Source of the DNA: Octopus sinensis
Lineage: Eukaryota
NCBI RefSeq assembly: GCF_006345805.1
Contig: NC_043017.1
Location: 14,260,001 to 14,324,000, forward strand
Reading direction: 5' to 3'
DNA: 64,000 nt
Of this stretch, positions 41,643 to 54,302 are shown piece after piece. Under the pieces are notes generated by a model. The model did not search any database. It was not told the DNA's origin and saw only the letters and a list, made by a program, of their open reading frames with translations. Every line of letters starts with the position of its first letter. The stretch's first letter is position 1. A program made the translations under genes and the position numbers.

Positions 41643-41759
41643 TTTAAAGGATTGTAAGAACGTCCATAATAGTAATCTGATGGTATAACCTTGACGTAGT
41701 AGCTTGATAAGTCGTGCCGCTCTAAATAACCTGAAACTTCCTGTTCGAAAGGAAGACGC
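41643..41759 (-). CDS. Cav2: Cav2 exon: IVS4 voltage sensor and S4-S5 linker ([39 protein letters not shown])
   Basis: 117 nt, acceptor ctctttcag, donor gtaagt. [19 protein letters not shown] is the Cav2-type IVS4 sequence. Confidence 0.97.
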
Positions 41760-42103
41760 CTGAAAGAGAAAATGTTGTGAATTAAGTTTGGAACCAAAAG
41801 AACACACAGAGAATTCATATTTCTAAATAATATTTCAAAACTGTTAATCAAAAAATAAAAGTCATTCTTTATTGGTAAAGGGATTTTAACACTGGAATAT
41901 CAAAAGATTAGGTAAAGTATAAGCTGTTGCCTTGTCTTCCTCCTTTATACAATCCTATATTTAAAAATTGTAATAGTTTTCTAAGCTGGCACCCCATTGG
42001 TTACGATGACGAGGGTTCCAGTTGATCCAATCAATGGAACTGCCTGCTCATGGAATTAACATGCAAGTGACCGAGGGCTCCAAAAACACCCATACCCCTT
42101 AAG

Positions 42104-44200
42104 CATCATCGTTTTACATCTGCTTTCCATGCTGGCATAGGTTGGACAGTTTGACTGAGGACTGGTGAGCCAGAGGTTGCACCAGGCTCAATCTGATCTG
42201 GCAAAGTTTCTACAGCTGGATGCCCTTCCTAATGCCAACCGCTCCAAGAGTGTAGAGGGTGCTATTATGCGTGACTGGTATGAGGGCCAGTCAGGCAGTT
42301 CTGGCAACAACCACACTCAAAAGGTGTTTTTATGTGCTACTTGCATGGGAGCCAGTCCAGCAGCACTGGCAATGACCACACTTGAATGTTGTTTTACATA
42401 TGCCACCAGCACATGTGCCAGTAAAGTAATGCTGGCAACGATCATGCTTGAATGGTGCTTTTCACGTGTCACTGGCACGGGAGCCAATCCACGGCCCTGG
42501 CAACGATCACACTCAGATGTGCTTCTAACGTTCCACTGGCACAAGTGCCAATCAGGTGGTACTGTCATTGGCCATGTCAGCGATTTCGATTTGTTTACAC
42601 TTGCCTCAAAAGGTCTTTGCAAGCAAAGTTCATTGTCCAATGAATGAGGGGTACTCATAAGTGTGCCAGTGCTTTAAACGTTCCACTGGCACGAGTACCA
42701 ATCAGGCAGTACTGTCATCGGCCACATCAGCAATTTTGATTTCACTTGCCTCAATGTCTTCACAAGCAAGGTTTTTTGTCCAATGAATGAGGGGTATTCA
42801 TAAATGGGCTGGTTACATCCACTGGCATAGGCCATGAACTATGGTCTCACTTGGCTTGTTGGGTCTTCTCAAGCACAGCAAATCTCCAAAGGTCCCGGTC
42901 ACTAGTCATTGCCTTGGTAAGGCCCTGTGTACAAAGGTCTTGCTTCACCACCTCATACCAGGTTTTCCTGAGTCTACCTCTTCCACAAGTTCCCTCAACT
43001 GCTAGGGTGTGACACTTTTTCCCACAACTGTCCTCATTCATTCGCAACACATGATGAGCATACCAGTGCAATCGTCTCTCTTGCACACCACATCTCATGC
43101 TTCTTAAATCCAACTTTTCTCGCAAGGTGCTTACACTCTGTTGTGTATGCACACTGATATTACACATCCAGCAGAGCATACTCACTTCATTCCTTGCAAA
43201 CTTATGCATGTCCTCAGCAGTCATGGCCCATGTTTCACTGCCATGTAGCATTGCACACATGTGTCATACAGTCTACCTTTTACTTGCCACCAGCAGAGGT
43301 AGGAGCTCTCTGAACTTTGCCCAGGCTATTCTTATTCTAGCAGCTACACTTTCAGAGCATCCACCCCTGTTACTGACTTGGTCACCTAGGTAACGGAAGC
43401 TATCAATTACTTCTAGTTTTTCTCCCTAGAATGTGACAGAAGCTGTTATCCGCACATTTTCAGTGTTTATAGCACCTGAGCATTTGCCACATACAAAAAC
43501 TATCTTCCCAGTTAGCCTTCCTTTGATATTGCTGCACCTCTTATATGTCCATAGCTTACATTGGGTACATCGTATGGAGTTTCTACCTACGCCTTTTCTA
43601 CAGATCAAGCAGGGCCGCCTACCTGAAGGGATTTGTAGTTTGTCTGCCTTCCAACTTATTAAGACTTTGGTTTTAGCTAGGTTGATTCTAAGGCCCTTCG
43701 ATTCTAATCCTTGTTTCCACACTTGAAACTTCTCCTCTAGTTCTGATAGTGACTCAGGAATTAGAGCAAGGTCATCAGCATAGAAGAGCTCCCAGAGGCA
43801 TCCTGTCTTGAATACCTCTGTTATTGCCGGGAGGATTATGATAAATAGGAGGGGGCTGAAGACTGATCCTTGGTGGATCCCTAACCCAACTTGGAATTCT
43901 TCACTGTACTCATTGCCAACCCTCACCTTACTGACAGCTTCCCTGTACATGGCTCGCACAGCTCTCACTAACCATTCATCTATCCCTAGTTTCCTCATTG
44001 ACCACCAGATAAGGGATCGGGGGACCCTGTCGAAGGCTTTCTCCATGTCAACAAAAGCCAGGTACAGGGGCTTATCTTTGGCTAGGTATTTCTCCTGCAG
44101 CTGTCTTACCAGGAATATAGCATCAGTGGTGCTTCTTCCCTGGCACCAACCCAAACTGCATCTCATCAGTTTGATAAGGCTAGCCCCTCTTCAATTACTT
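42104..44200 (-). mobile_element. 5'-truncated RTE-clade LINE (minus copy) with (GAT)n-type tail
   Basis: STTDAIFLVRQLQEKY, FVDMEKAFDRVP, HQGSVFSPLLF, YADDLAL, LHGSETW, RLHWY; frameshifted; catcatc tail at 42104. Confidence 0.93.
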
Positions 44201-45738
44201 GTGCAACTCATTTTTTCCAGCTGAGTGGCAGCTGGAGCAACCTGAAAGAATGCATCTTGCACAAGGACACCATGTGCTGCCAGGAATCAAACTCCCAACC
44301 TTACAACTGTCAGTCACCTGTGCTAACCACCAAGCCATGCACCCAGACTGACTTTGGTTTTCTCAAACAATTTAAAATCCTGTTTTATTTAAACCAGGTA
44401 CGAGCAACCTTTTACAAGAAGCAGGTCACATTGGACACGAATCATCATCAGGTGGGGTGCATTTCTAAAAACATGCAAAGTAAATTTACGTTGACATTCT
44501 ACTCTGGAAGTCCCATCACTGATTAAAACTACAGCAGAATAATATTCTTGATAACTTTAGTGGTTGCAAACTATGGCACGAGGCCAGCAGTTTTCAGGAA
44601 AGAAGGTCAGTCAATTACTTTGACCCCACCCCCAGTGCCCAACTGTTACTTATTTTATCAATTTTGAAAGAATGGGAAACAAAGTCAAGCATAATTTGAA
44701 CTCAGAAGCTGGAGGGTTACAAGAAAAGCTGTTACTCATTTTGTCTGATGTTCTAAGGATTCTACAAGCTTTCTGCCTTATTAACAATAATAACAATGAC
44801 TATCAAAATTTGTTCAGAACACCAACTGTTAATCTTTTACCATCACAACCCAATTTCCTTAGAATCAATAATTTTCCATGACCTATTTTGGCAAATCAAT
44901 AATTTCCTGACCTTCTTTTCATATATATATTTAAATAAAGTACAGTTTCACAGAAATTTAATAAAAAATATTAGCATTTAATATAATTCTTGTGGAAATA
45001 TTCCTTTGTTTTATTTGTAGTAAATAAATGTTGTATTGTGATCTTTATACCTGTCTAGCCAATCTATGGCTTATTGTGTAATATATTCATTACCATTTTA
45101 CATAATATATTTCAAAAGGTTTTGTCTTTGTAACATTTTCAGAATTGTTCTGTGACCCACAGCTTTGCAAACTACACACTGAAACCAATGACTGCAGTTA
45201 AATCTGAATTACAAATTTGTGTATTGTTGCAAATGTGTTTGGGTAACACTAATGGAATACATTTCTAAACATTTCAGTGTATAACACTCACACACACACA
45301 TCAAAACAGGAGATTTTAAAAATTGTTGGTATTATTTATTCACCATTACATGTATTTCATTTACTAAAAGGAATAACAAAATTCTATATATTTCTCCTAC
45401 ATGATAAGATATTTCCTATAAGAAATTCTTCAGACGGAGAATCAAATACTACTCGATTCCCTATCTGGAGAATTTTTCCTCAAAGATATCCTACATGTTT
45501 CCACTACATGTACAATTTCTGTAATTCTTTTTAGCAAATGAAACTGTTTTAATGGTGAATAAGATCAACATTTTCTTTCAATCTCCTCTTTTCATAAATA
45601 ATCTGCAAAAAATATTTTCTGGAATTTTCAACTCTTCTGCATACCTCAAACAAATATAACATCTGCATACGATTTGGAATACTGGAATAAGTACTTCAAG
45701 AGGACACAGCTTGGATTTTAACCCTATTTACATAATAT

Positions 45739-45818
<80 letters not shown>

Positions 45819-45829
45819 ATATATATACA

Positions 45830-48219
45830 CAGGTGTCTAGGCTATAGCTGACACTACCAGATATTTTGAGCATCTCTGCAGTGATTTCTGATGGGCCTGG
45901 GGCTTTCCCTGTCTTCATGCTTCTAATTGCCTTAACTACCAAGGAACTGTCAACTCAGATAGCTGGTCCCTCTGTTGGGTCAACATTCGAGTCAACTCTC
46001 TTTATCCCATTCATTTTCTTTATTCAGCAACCTTTCATAGTGGATAATAATATCCACTGTATTCACCTGTATAGTTAATCAGGTGATACACGAAGGAGTC
46101 ATACCCAATGACTGGTGTAGCAGCATAATAGTCAACTGCTACAAAGGTAAAGGTGACGCCCTAGATACAAATAATTACAGAGGTATCAAGCTGTTGGATC
46201 AGGTGATGAAGGTTACGGAGAGGGTCATAGCCCAACTAATTAGAGAGAGAGTTAGTTTAGATGAGATGCAGTTTGGGTTCGTGCCAGGGAAAAGTACCAC
46301 TGATGCTATATTCCTGGTAAGGCAGCTGCAGGAGAAATACCTAGCCAAAGATAAGCCCCTGTACCTGGCTTTTGTGGACATGGAGAAAGCCTTCGACAGG
46401 GTCCACCGATCCCTTATCTGGTGGTCAATGAGGAAACTAGGGATAGATGAATGGTTAGTGAGAGCTGTGCGAGCCATGTACAGGGATGCTGCTTGTAAGG
46501 TGAGGGTTGGCAACGAGTACAGTGAAGAATTCCGGGTAGAGGTAGGGGTCCACCAAGGCTCAGTCTTCAGCCCCCTCCTATTTATCATAGTCCTCCAGGC
46601 AATAACGGAGGAATTCAAGACAGGATGCCCTTGGGAGCTCCTCTATGCTGATGACCTTGCTCAAATTGCTGAGTCACTATCAGAACTGGAGGAGAAGTTT
46701 CAGGTGTGGAAGCAAGGATTAGAATCGAAGGGCCTTAGAGTCAATCTAGCTAAAACCAAAGTCCTAATAAGTAGGAAGGTAGACAAATCTCAAATGCCTT
46801 CAGGTAGGTGGCCCTGCTCGATCTGTAGAAAAGGTGTAGGTAGAAACTCTATAAGATGCACCAAGTGTAAGCTATGTACACATAAGAGGTGCAGCAATGT
46901 CAAAGGAAGGCTAACTAGGAAGATGGTTTTTGTATGTGGCAGATGCTCAGGAACAATAAACACTGAAAATGCTCTGAGACCAACTTCTGTCACTTTCCAG
47001 GGAGAAAAACTAGAAATAGTTGATAGCTTCCGCTACCTAGGTGACCAAGTCAGTAGCGGGGGCGGGTGTGCTGAAAGTGTAACTGCTAAAGTAAGAATAG
47101 CTTGGGCAAAGTTCAGAGAGCTCTTACCTCTGCTGGTGACAAAAGGCCTCTCGCTCAGAGTAAAAGGCAGACTGTATGATGTGTGTGTACGAACAGCCAT
47201 GCTACATGGCAGTGAAACATGGGCCATGACTGCTGAGGATATGCGTAAGCTCGCAAGAAATGAAGCCAGTATGCTCCGATGGATGTGTAATGTCAGTATT
47301 CATACTCGATAGAGTGTAAGTACCTTGAGAGAAAAGCTGGACCTAAGAAGCATCAGATGTGGTGTGCAAGAGAGACGTTTGCACTGGTATGGGCATGTGG
47401 CGAGAATGGATGAAGATAGTTGTGTGAAAAAGTGCCACACCCTAGCGGTTGAGGGAACCTGTGGAAGAGGCAGACCCAGGAAAACCTGGGACGAGGTGGT
47501 GAAGCACGACCTTCGAACTTTAGGTCTCACTGAGAAAATGACTAGAAACCGAGACCTCTGGAAGTATGCTGTGCGTGAGAAGACCCGGCACGACAAGTGA
47601 GACCATAACCCGTGGCCTTCTACATGGGATTACTTGTGAAGACCTGTTGAGGCAAGTGAGAATCAGAATCAGAATCGAAATCGATCAATGGAAATTGCAG
47701 CTGAGTTACCAGTGCCAGTGGCACGTAAGAGAACCATCTGTTCGTGGTCGTTGCCAGCCTCGCCTGGCCCCCATGCCAGTGGCATGTAAAAAGCACCATC
47801 CGTTCGTGGATGTTGCCAGCGCCACCCCGACTGGCCTCGTGCCAGTGGCACTTAAAAAGCACCATCCGTTCGTGGCCATTGCCAGCCTCGCCTGGCCCCC
47901 GTGCCGGTGGCATGTAAAAAGCACCATCCGTTCGTGGCAATTGCCAGCCTCGCCTCGCCCCCATGCCGGTGGCACATAAATAGCACCATCCGGTCGTGGC
48001 CGTTTGCCAGACCCGTCTGGCACCTGTGCCAGTGGCACGTAAAAAGCACCCACTACACTCATGGAGTGGTTGGCGTTAGGAAGGGCATCCAGCCATAGAA
48101 ACATTGCCAGATCAAACTGGGCCTGGTGCAGCCTTCTGGCTTCCCAGACCCCAGTTGAACCGTCCAACCCATGCTAGCATGGAAAGCGGACGCTAAACGA
48201 TGATGATGATGATGATGAT
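45830..48219 (+). mobile_element. 5'-truncated RTE-clade LINE (plus copy) with 5' inversion, tandem-repeat 3' UTR and (GAT)n tail
   Basis: ORF 46083..47312 has NYRGIKLL, QFGFVPGKSTTDAIF, FVDMEKAFD, HQGS, YADDL, YLG, then RLHWYGHVARM. Segment 45830-46043 encodes upstream RT sequence (KTGKAPGP) on the minus strand. Tail gatgatgat at 48199-48219. Confidence 0.95.
47716..48050 (+). repeat. ~61-bp tandem repeat (5 units plus a partial) in RTE 3' UTR
   Basis: Unit tggcaYgtaaaaagcaccatccgttcgtgg..ttgccagcctcgcctggccccRtgccRg. Confidence 0.85.
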
Positions 48220-48223
48220 ATAG

Positions 48224-48397
48224 TGAGAGTTTACGAAAAAAACAAAAGATGAAGACAGGTGGTGTACAAAACAAACAGATGTATTAGTATAATGCTCAGG
48301 AATAGAAAAAGTCTTTTACGTTTTGAGCCTACACTCTTCTACAGAAAGGGACACAGAAAAAACAAGGAGAGAAAAAAAATTTGTGTAGTGGCTAACA
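48224..48397 (-). mobile_element. Penelope-like terminal fragment (same family as 4650-4835)
   Basis: Near-identical reverse complement of 4655-4835. Confidence 0.88.
48311..48352 (-). ncRNA. Hammerhead-like motif copy 2 (A6U, plus G12A)
   Basis: Rev-comp gtcccttt-CTGTAGAAGAG-tgtagg-CTC-AAAAC-GTA-aaagac. Confidence 0.45.
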
Positions 48398-48412
48398 ATA
48401 TATATATATATA

Positions 48413-48577
48413 TATCTGTAAATGTAATATGTGACAATTATTCGGCAGCCAAGAAAAAACTCTGAGTTTCGGATGCCGAGGTGGAAATCCACACCACCAT
48501 CTCTTCGGTTATCGACATCCGAAACTCAGAGTGTTTTCTTGGCTATTGAATAATTGTCACATATTATTTTACAGATA
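48413..48577. repeat. Fold-back (MITE-like) element with ~66-bp inverted arms
   Basis: tatctgtaaatgtaatatgtgacaattattcggcagccaagaaaaaactctgagtttcggatgccga pairs with tcgacatccgaaactcagagtgttttcttggctattgaataattgtcacatattattttacagata. Confidence 0.85.
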
Positions 48578-48654
48578 AATTTCCTCTATTTACATAATAT
48601 TGAAGTCTCTTTCTTTCTTTTGTTATCTTACCGTTTTTACCAATATATATATAT

Positions 48655-49725
48655 AACGGGAAGGTTTATGAAAATAAACAAAAGACGAAGGCAGGTGGAG
48701 TACAAACAAACAAATGTATTAGTATGGCGCTCAGGAATAGAAATAAAACAAGTCTTTTACGTTTCGAGCCTACGCTCTTCGACAGAAAGATACACAGAAA
48801 AGAAACAAGGAGAGAAAAAAAATGCGTGTAGGAGCTAATGGTCTATCATGGCGTTCTGACTTCAGGCAGAAGTCAGAGGTCAGAGGTCAGACGTTAGACG
48901 GATAGTAGGGGTGATAATAGGGTTAAGTGACTTCCAAAACAAAGGTGCCCCAACACGAAGGTGCGTGTGTGTATAAGCGAGTATGTATATGCGTGTGAAA
49001 GAGGGCTGGTGGTCTGGACGTGTGTATGTATGTATGTGTGGGTGTGGAGATATGGGGATGGGTGTGTGGGTGGTGTGTTGTGATATATGAGTATGTATGT
49101 GTAGGTGTAAAGATGTGGGGATGGGTGTGTGGGTGGTGTGTTGTGATATATGAGTATGTATGTGTAGGTGTAAAGATGTGGGGATGGGTGTGTGGGCGGT
49201 GTGCTGTGGGTGTTGTGATGTGATGTGTAATGTCGTATGGTGTAGTGTAGTGTGGTGTGATGTTGTGGGGAGGTGGGGGCGAGGGTGGGGAAAGCCCATG
49301 TGGGGTGTGGGTTCAACTGGGGGTTGGGGTAGAGTGGGGGTTGTGGGGAGAGTGAGAGGGGGAGAGAAGAGAGAGGGGGAGGAGAGAGGGGAGGGTAAGA
49401 GGGAGGAGAGGAGAGGGTGAGCGGAGGAGAGAGGAGATGAGGGGTGAGGGGAGGAGAGAGGGGGTGAGAGGAGAAGGGAGAGGAGGAGAAGGAGGGGGAG
49501 GGGGAGGGTAAAGGAGGGGAGTGGTAGATAGAGGAGGAGGAGAGGAGGGGGAGAGAAGGGGAGTGAGGGAGCAGAGAGAAAGAGAGAAGGGGAAGAGGGA
49601 AAAAGAAAGAAGAAAGAAGAAGAGGGAAGAAGGGAAGAGGAGGGAAAGAGAGTAGGGGGGAAAAGATGAAGGACTGAAGAAAAGTAGGAGTCGGAGGGGA
49701 GGTTAGAGGAGGAATATGAACATCC
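48655..49725 (-). mobile_element. Penelope-like 3' fragment (related subfamily) with terminus, GT-rich repeats and GA-rich tract
   Basis: 48655-48850 resembles the rev-comp of 4640-4835; 49681-49710 matches the rev-comp of 4335-4360; ends at (TA)n. Confidence 0.8.
48753..48790 (-). ncRNA. Hammerhead-like motif copy 3 (A6U, otherwise intact core)
   Basis: Rev-comp tcttt-CTGTCGA-A-GAG-cgtagg-CTC-GAAAC-GTA-aaaga: 5-bp stem I, 3-bp stem II, ACGT palindrome. Confidence 0.6.
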
Positions 49726-49879
49726 AGGCCGATAACATGTTACTATATGTAAAGTGACAAGGCCAGTTTCTTTTGCTGTTCCGTTTTAAGGTATATTTTC
49801 TAAAAACTACCATCCGATATTAATGGTTGATTTCCTGGCTACTTAGAGTATAAAATCACAGTATTAATAATAAGGAACA

Positions 49880-50035
49880 TGTGTCAGACGGTTGGTGTTA
49901 GGAAGGGCATCCTGTTGTAAAAATCCTTCCAAAACAGTTACAAAAGTCTGGAGCAAGCTCCTACTTGGTTGGCTCTTGTCAAACCGTCCCATCCATGCCA
50001 GCATGGAAGGCAGACGTTAAACGACGATGATGAAA
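49880..50035 (+). mobile_element. RTE 3'-tail fragment
   Basis: ttggtgttaggaagggcatc..ccatgccagcatggaaggcagacgttaaacgacgatgatg resembles 48069-48219. Another decayed tail lies at about 52395-52520. Confidence 0.7.
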
Positions 50036-50083
50036 CCAAGTGAAAAGTCTGGGTGTTCAAATTCTTAATTTTCCTTATTGTTA

Positions 50084-50140
<57 letters not shown>

Positions 50141-50432
50141 ATGTGTAACGTAACAGTTTAGAAAAAAACCCATTGGTTTCATATCTAGCGTGAACTAGGC
50201 TTCACTTCAGCTAAAAAAATATTCCTATTAAATATTATGGCCAGATGAGTTGTCTTCCTTTGCTTGATAAATAAGTTTTCCAATTTTGAAGTAAAACTTT
50301 CCGAAAATGTGGACAATACTTTGCTTTTATCTGTTGTTGAAAGAATTTATAAACAGGGTGGTACATGAGTTGCATGGTGATTTCTGATCGTCTGAATGGG
50401 TAACAAAAGGAAATATTCAACTAAATACTTAC

Positions 50433-50522
50433 ACTAGATAATACATTTGTTGTAACTACATCTATAATACTTCCAATCACGATGATAAAGTCGAATAGAT
50501 TCCATCGATCACGGAAATAGTT
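50433..50522 (-). CDS. Cav2: Cav2 exon: IVS3 (NYFRDRWNLFDFIIVIGSIIDVVTTNVLSS)
   Basis: 90 nt, acceptor tcttttag, donor gtaagt, phase 0-0. NYF-WN-FDF-GS-D motif. Too short for the ORF track; read manually. Confidence 0.96.
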
Positions 50523-53500
50523 CTAAAAGATAAAACAAAATTACTTGAAATTTTCTGTTTCAAAATACATTTGTGCCTCATTTTACAATATTCATTTTTA
50601 TTTTTGAAAATTATTACAAATTTAAATTGTCAAAAAAAGAAGAAAATATATTATTACACTTCATGCTTAATTTTAAAGTAATTAGCTCAAATTATTTTAA
50701 AAATATTTCACTTATAACCCTCACTGGTATTTACATGCTACTATAAAATGTATTCAAATGTTCTCTGACTTCAATTTATTCTACCAACAGCAAAAAGAAT
50801 CGTTTTTATTCTACAAATAAATAATTTTATACAATTGGAAAAAGGAATGAAAGTAAAATGACTTTCAATGATGTTTGGTGAATAAAGCAGCATCGAGCTA
50901 AAACTTAAATCTATCACAACAGCAGAACCAATGAGTTCTTGCTGTTACAGAAACAATATATCCACAGTAGAGAGTGATTATCGAATTATTGTGAAGATAT
51001 TGGAATCGAAAAAAAAACAAAAACAAAAAAAAAACATATACACAAGTGATTTTCAGGATTTCCTGTTAAAAACTTAGAACTGCCTAGGACTTGTGAAGTC
51101 ACTTAAACATTATAATTTTTTATATTTATAATTAGATACATCATTCTCAATGATGAGCTTAGATTCCTAATTTATGAATTGTTAAATTAATGAAATTATG
51201 ATAAATGTACAACAAATTGAAACTATTATAAATATAATTACTAAATCATTGGAAATATATTAAATGAAAAACAAACAACATACTGATATAAGATTTTGTT
51301 TTAGTAGAATAACATTTTGGACAGAGGAACATAGGATGCTACTTTAAGATATTCATGCAAAATACTTGGAATATTAGTTTTAATCTATCAAATTAAAGAG
51401 ATGCTAAAAATAGAATAAAAATTAAGAAAGAAATTATGAAACTTGAAAAGTTTACAAATTAAATGGTTCAACTATTTTAAAATAGTTTAAAAAGAGACTA
51501 AATGTTCAATAAAGAACTTTTGAAAAATGTAAAAAAATGTAAAAAAAAAAAAAAATTCAAAACAGAAATGAAAGCATACGGCACAGTGAGCAAGCTAACA
51601 TGCAATACAACATATAATTGAGAACAGTCACGTTTAGTTCCTTAGGCAATTAACAAAGCAACTCTGCTAGTTGCTTAAATACTAATAAACATAAAGCACC
51701 ATTTTAAACCCAGACTGTTGAGGTTGCATAAGACGAGGTGTCACTGCCACATTTCACTTACGGACAGAGCACAGACTACACCAAGTATTGGAACTCAAAG
51801 CTGATGACAAGGAAGAGCTACAACTTGTATAAGGATCTCTCTCATATAGAAGATTTGGGAGTGCAATAGACAAATAGGACTTTTTTTCAACATAAAACCA
51901 AAGATTTGGTACAAAACAACATTTTTTTTCTTGAACAGCATTAAAAATAGCTTAATGATATATTAAGGTACTTAATGATATATTAATATATCTTGATGAT
52001 ATATTAATATTCACTAAAATATCATAATATATCTTTATGATATATTAAAAATATCTTAATGATACAATGTTGATGATATTTGAATAATTTTTAAGAAGTT
52101 AAAAAAAAAAATCTTTTCAAACTGATTTATAATTTCTGAAGTATGTTTACTTTTAAATTTCAACAGAGAAACTATGGACAATTTCCTTTCAACAGCACCA
52201 TGTATATAAGACTTGAAACAACAAAAACTTTGAAATTTACAGCATGTACAGTTGGGAAAATGTCAATTGAAGTTAAGCAACATTGAAAATAACAACAGTC
52301 TCTATCTGATTGCCTTTAAATATCATTGTGATATAATGTGATATATATATACACACACATATATATCACAAAGATATTTATGAGCATCCAGCCTTAGAAA
52401 CCATGCCAAAGCAGACACTGGAGCTTGGCACAGTCGGCTGGCTTGCCAGCTCCTATTAAACTGTCTAATCCATGCCAGTATGTAAGATGTATGTTAAATG
52501 ATGATGATGATGATGATGAATAAATATAAACACGCACACGCACATACACACACACACACACACAAACATATGGTGTGTGCATTTAGAGTTTTAACCATTG
52601 TTTAATTGTACCCACTATTTGAAATTTCCTGCTGACCAGGTGAGCTTCTGATGAGATTTCACAAAATAAAGTTTTAAAAATATGAAACCAGAATTATTTT
52701 TGGTATCCAAAATGTGACAGAGTGTGTATTGTAGAACTTCCAGGGACTTCATGAACTGATTCCCTTTTGTGAGTTAAATCAGGTGTTATTTTATGTTCCT
52801 TTGGAAACAAATAACAAATTTCGCCTAGAAAATTGTAATGTTGAAATGAAATGAACTTCTTCAGACGTAGACAAACAGGTGCCTCGTCCATAGATGGACA
52901 ACACTCAACAACAATGATAATTCCATTTACAATTTTTCAAAATCTTTGCTGACAAAATCTCTTTTGAAGACTTCCTGGTGAGCAAGCAACTTGAAATAAT
53001 TGTTACAAAGCAACAGTTTCTAACACACACACACACACACATTCACTCTCTCTTTCTTTCTCTCTCACACACACACATGCACAAAAACGCAAACAAAATA
53101 TTCATAAATTTTCCTGTTCAAGATATGAGACTAGTTATCAAAATCCTTATCAGCAATATCCTGGGCCACAGTGATTCATTAATGAACGATGACAAACATT
53201 TATTAAGAAAAGGACTCAATACTGGGTGTAGAGTGGAATATACAATTAAAAAGAGGTGGACTCTCTCATCTCTGTCAAGGCTTGTTTGATCAAATTTTAA
53301 TTAATGAGGCTGATTGATGAAATTTTGCAATCAACCTCACTTTATAATGTGTTTGTGTTTTAAACAGCCAAGAATTTGAAGTAAATGAGACATTATAATT
53401 CCAGTTTAAGGTAGAAAACAATAACTACCACCAAACCCCTGAATCCTACTGGGTGGTGGTCACTTTACTGATTCCATTTACACTGCAGACCCTCTACTAT

Positions 53501-54302
53501 TTCCTCTTGTTTCAATATTAGAGACTAGAAATTGTTTACTTCTATTTTCCTGTACTATTTAGTTTCACAAATATTTAAATGTCAGTCATTTAGTGGTAAC
53601 AATTTCAGCTATTCTACAAATATGCAACACAGCATATCTCAACCTGATTTTAGGTTTATGGTATAGAAATAACAATTTTATTCTAACAGTACAGAAGAGC
53701 ATGAAGTCTCAATTTGATTCTTGGCATGTTAATTACCTCAAAACTTTGAATAAATTAAAAATTGATTGCTAAAAGTTCAATGTAACTGATATGCAACATT
53801 ACAAGAGTCAATTTGAGAGAATTGACCTAAGATTTGGTGTTATGCTTATGGAATCTCTAGTCAGACGGAATGGTTTTGATTGTGTAGTTCTCTTCCATAT
53901 ACCTGCTAAAAAATATCTGTTAATGGAGAGCTATCAGAGTACATCTGCTGTGTAGATCTGCTGAGGTAAACAGGGTTAATGTTTAAGCTGCTAATTGTGG
54001 CAGTCTCCTCCCTAGCACCACAAGGAAGATTTCACAAGGATTGGAACTTATAAACTAATGAAATGCCATTCACCAATATTTTACCAAGAATCACCAAGTG
54101 GGCCTTTAAATCTTATAAAAGAATTAAATGTTGCATACAACAAAGACAGCCACATAGGTTAAAAAACTGTGAGGTGACACTGAAGGCTGCCCATGGGGCA
54201 AAAGCAGCAGACCAAAGAAGATAGGGACAGAAATCTGATAACTTTGGAGCTCAAGACAAAAGAAAGCAAAAAATTACAATAATGTAATAGAATACTTCTT
54301 AA

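Noticed and set aside
47716-48050. Regularly spaced repeats superficially like a CRISPR array
   Set aside because: Whole units are repeated with no unique spacers, they lie in a LINE 3' UTR in a eukaryotic intron, and there are no cas genes.
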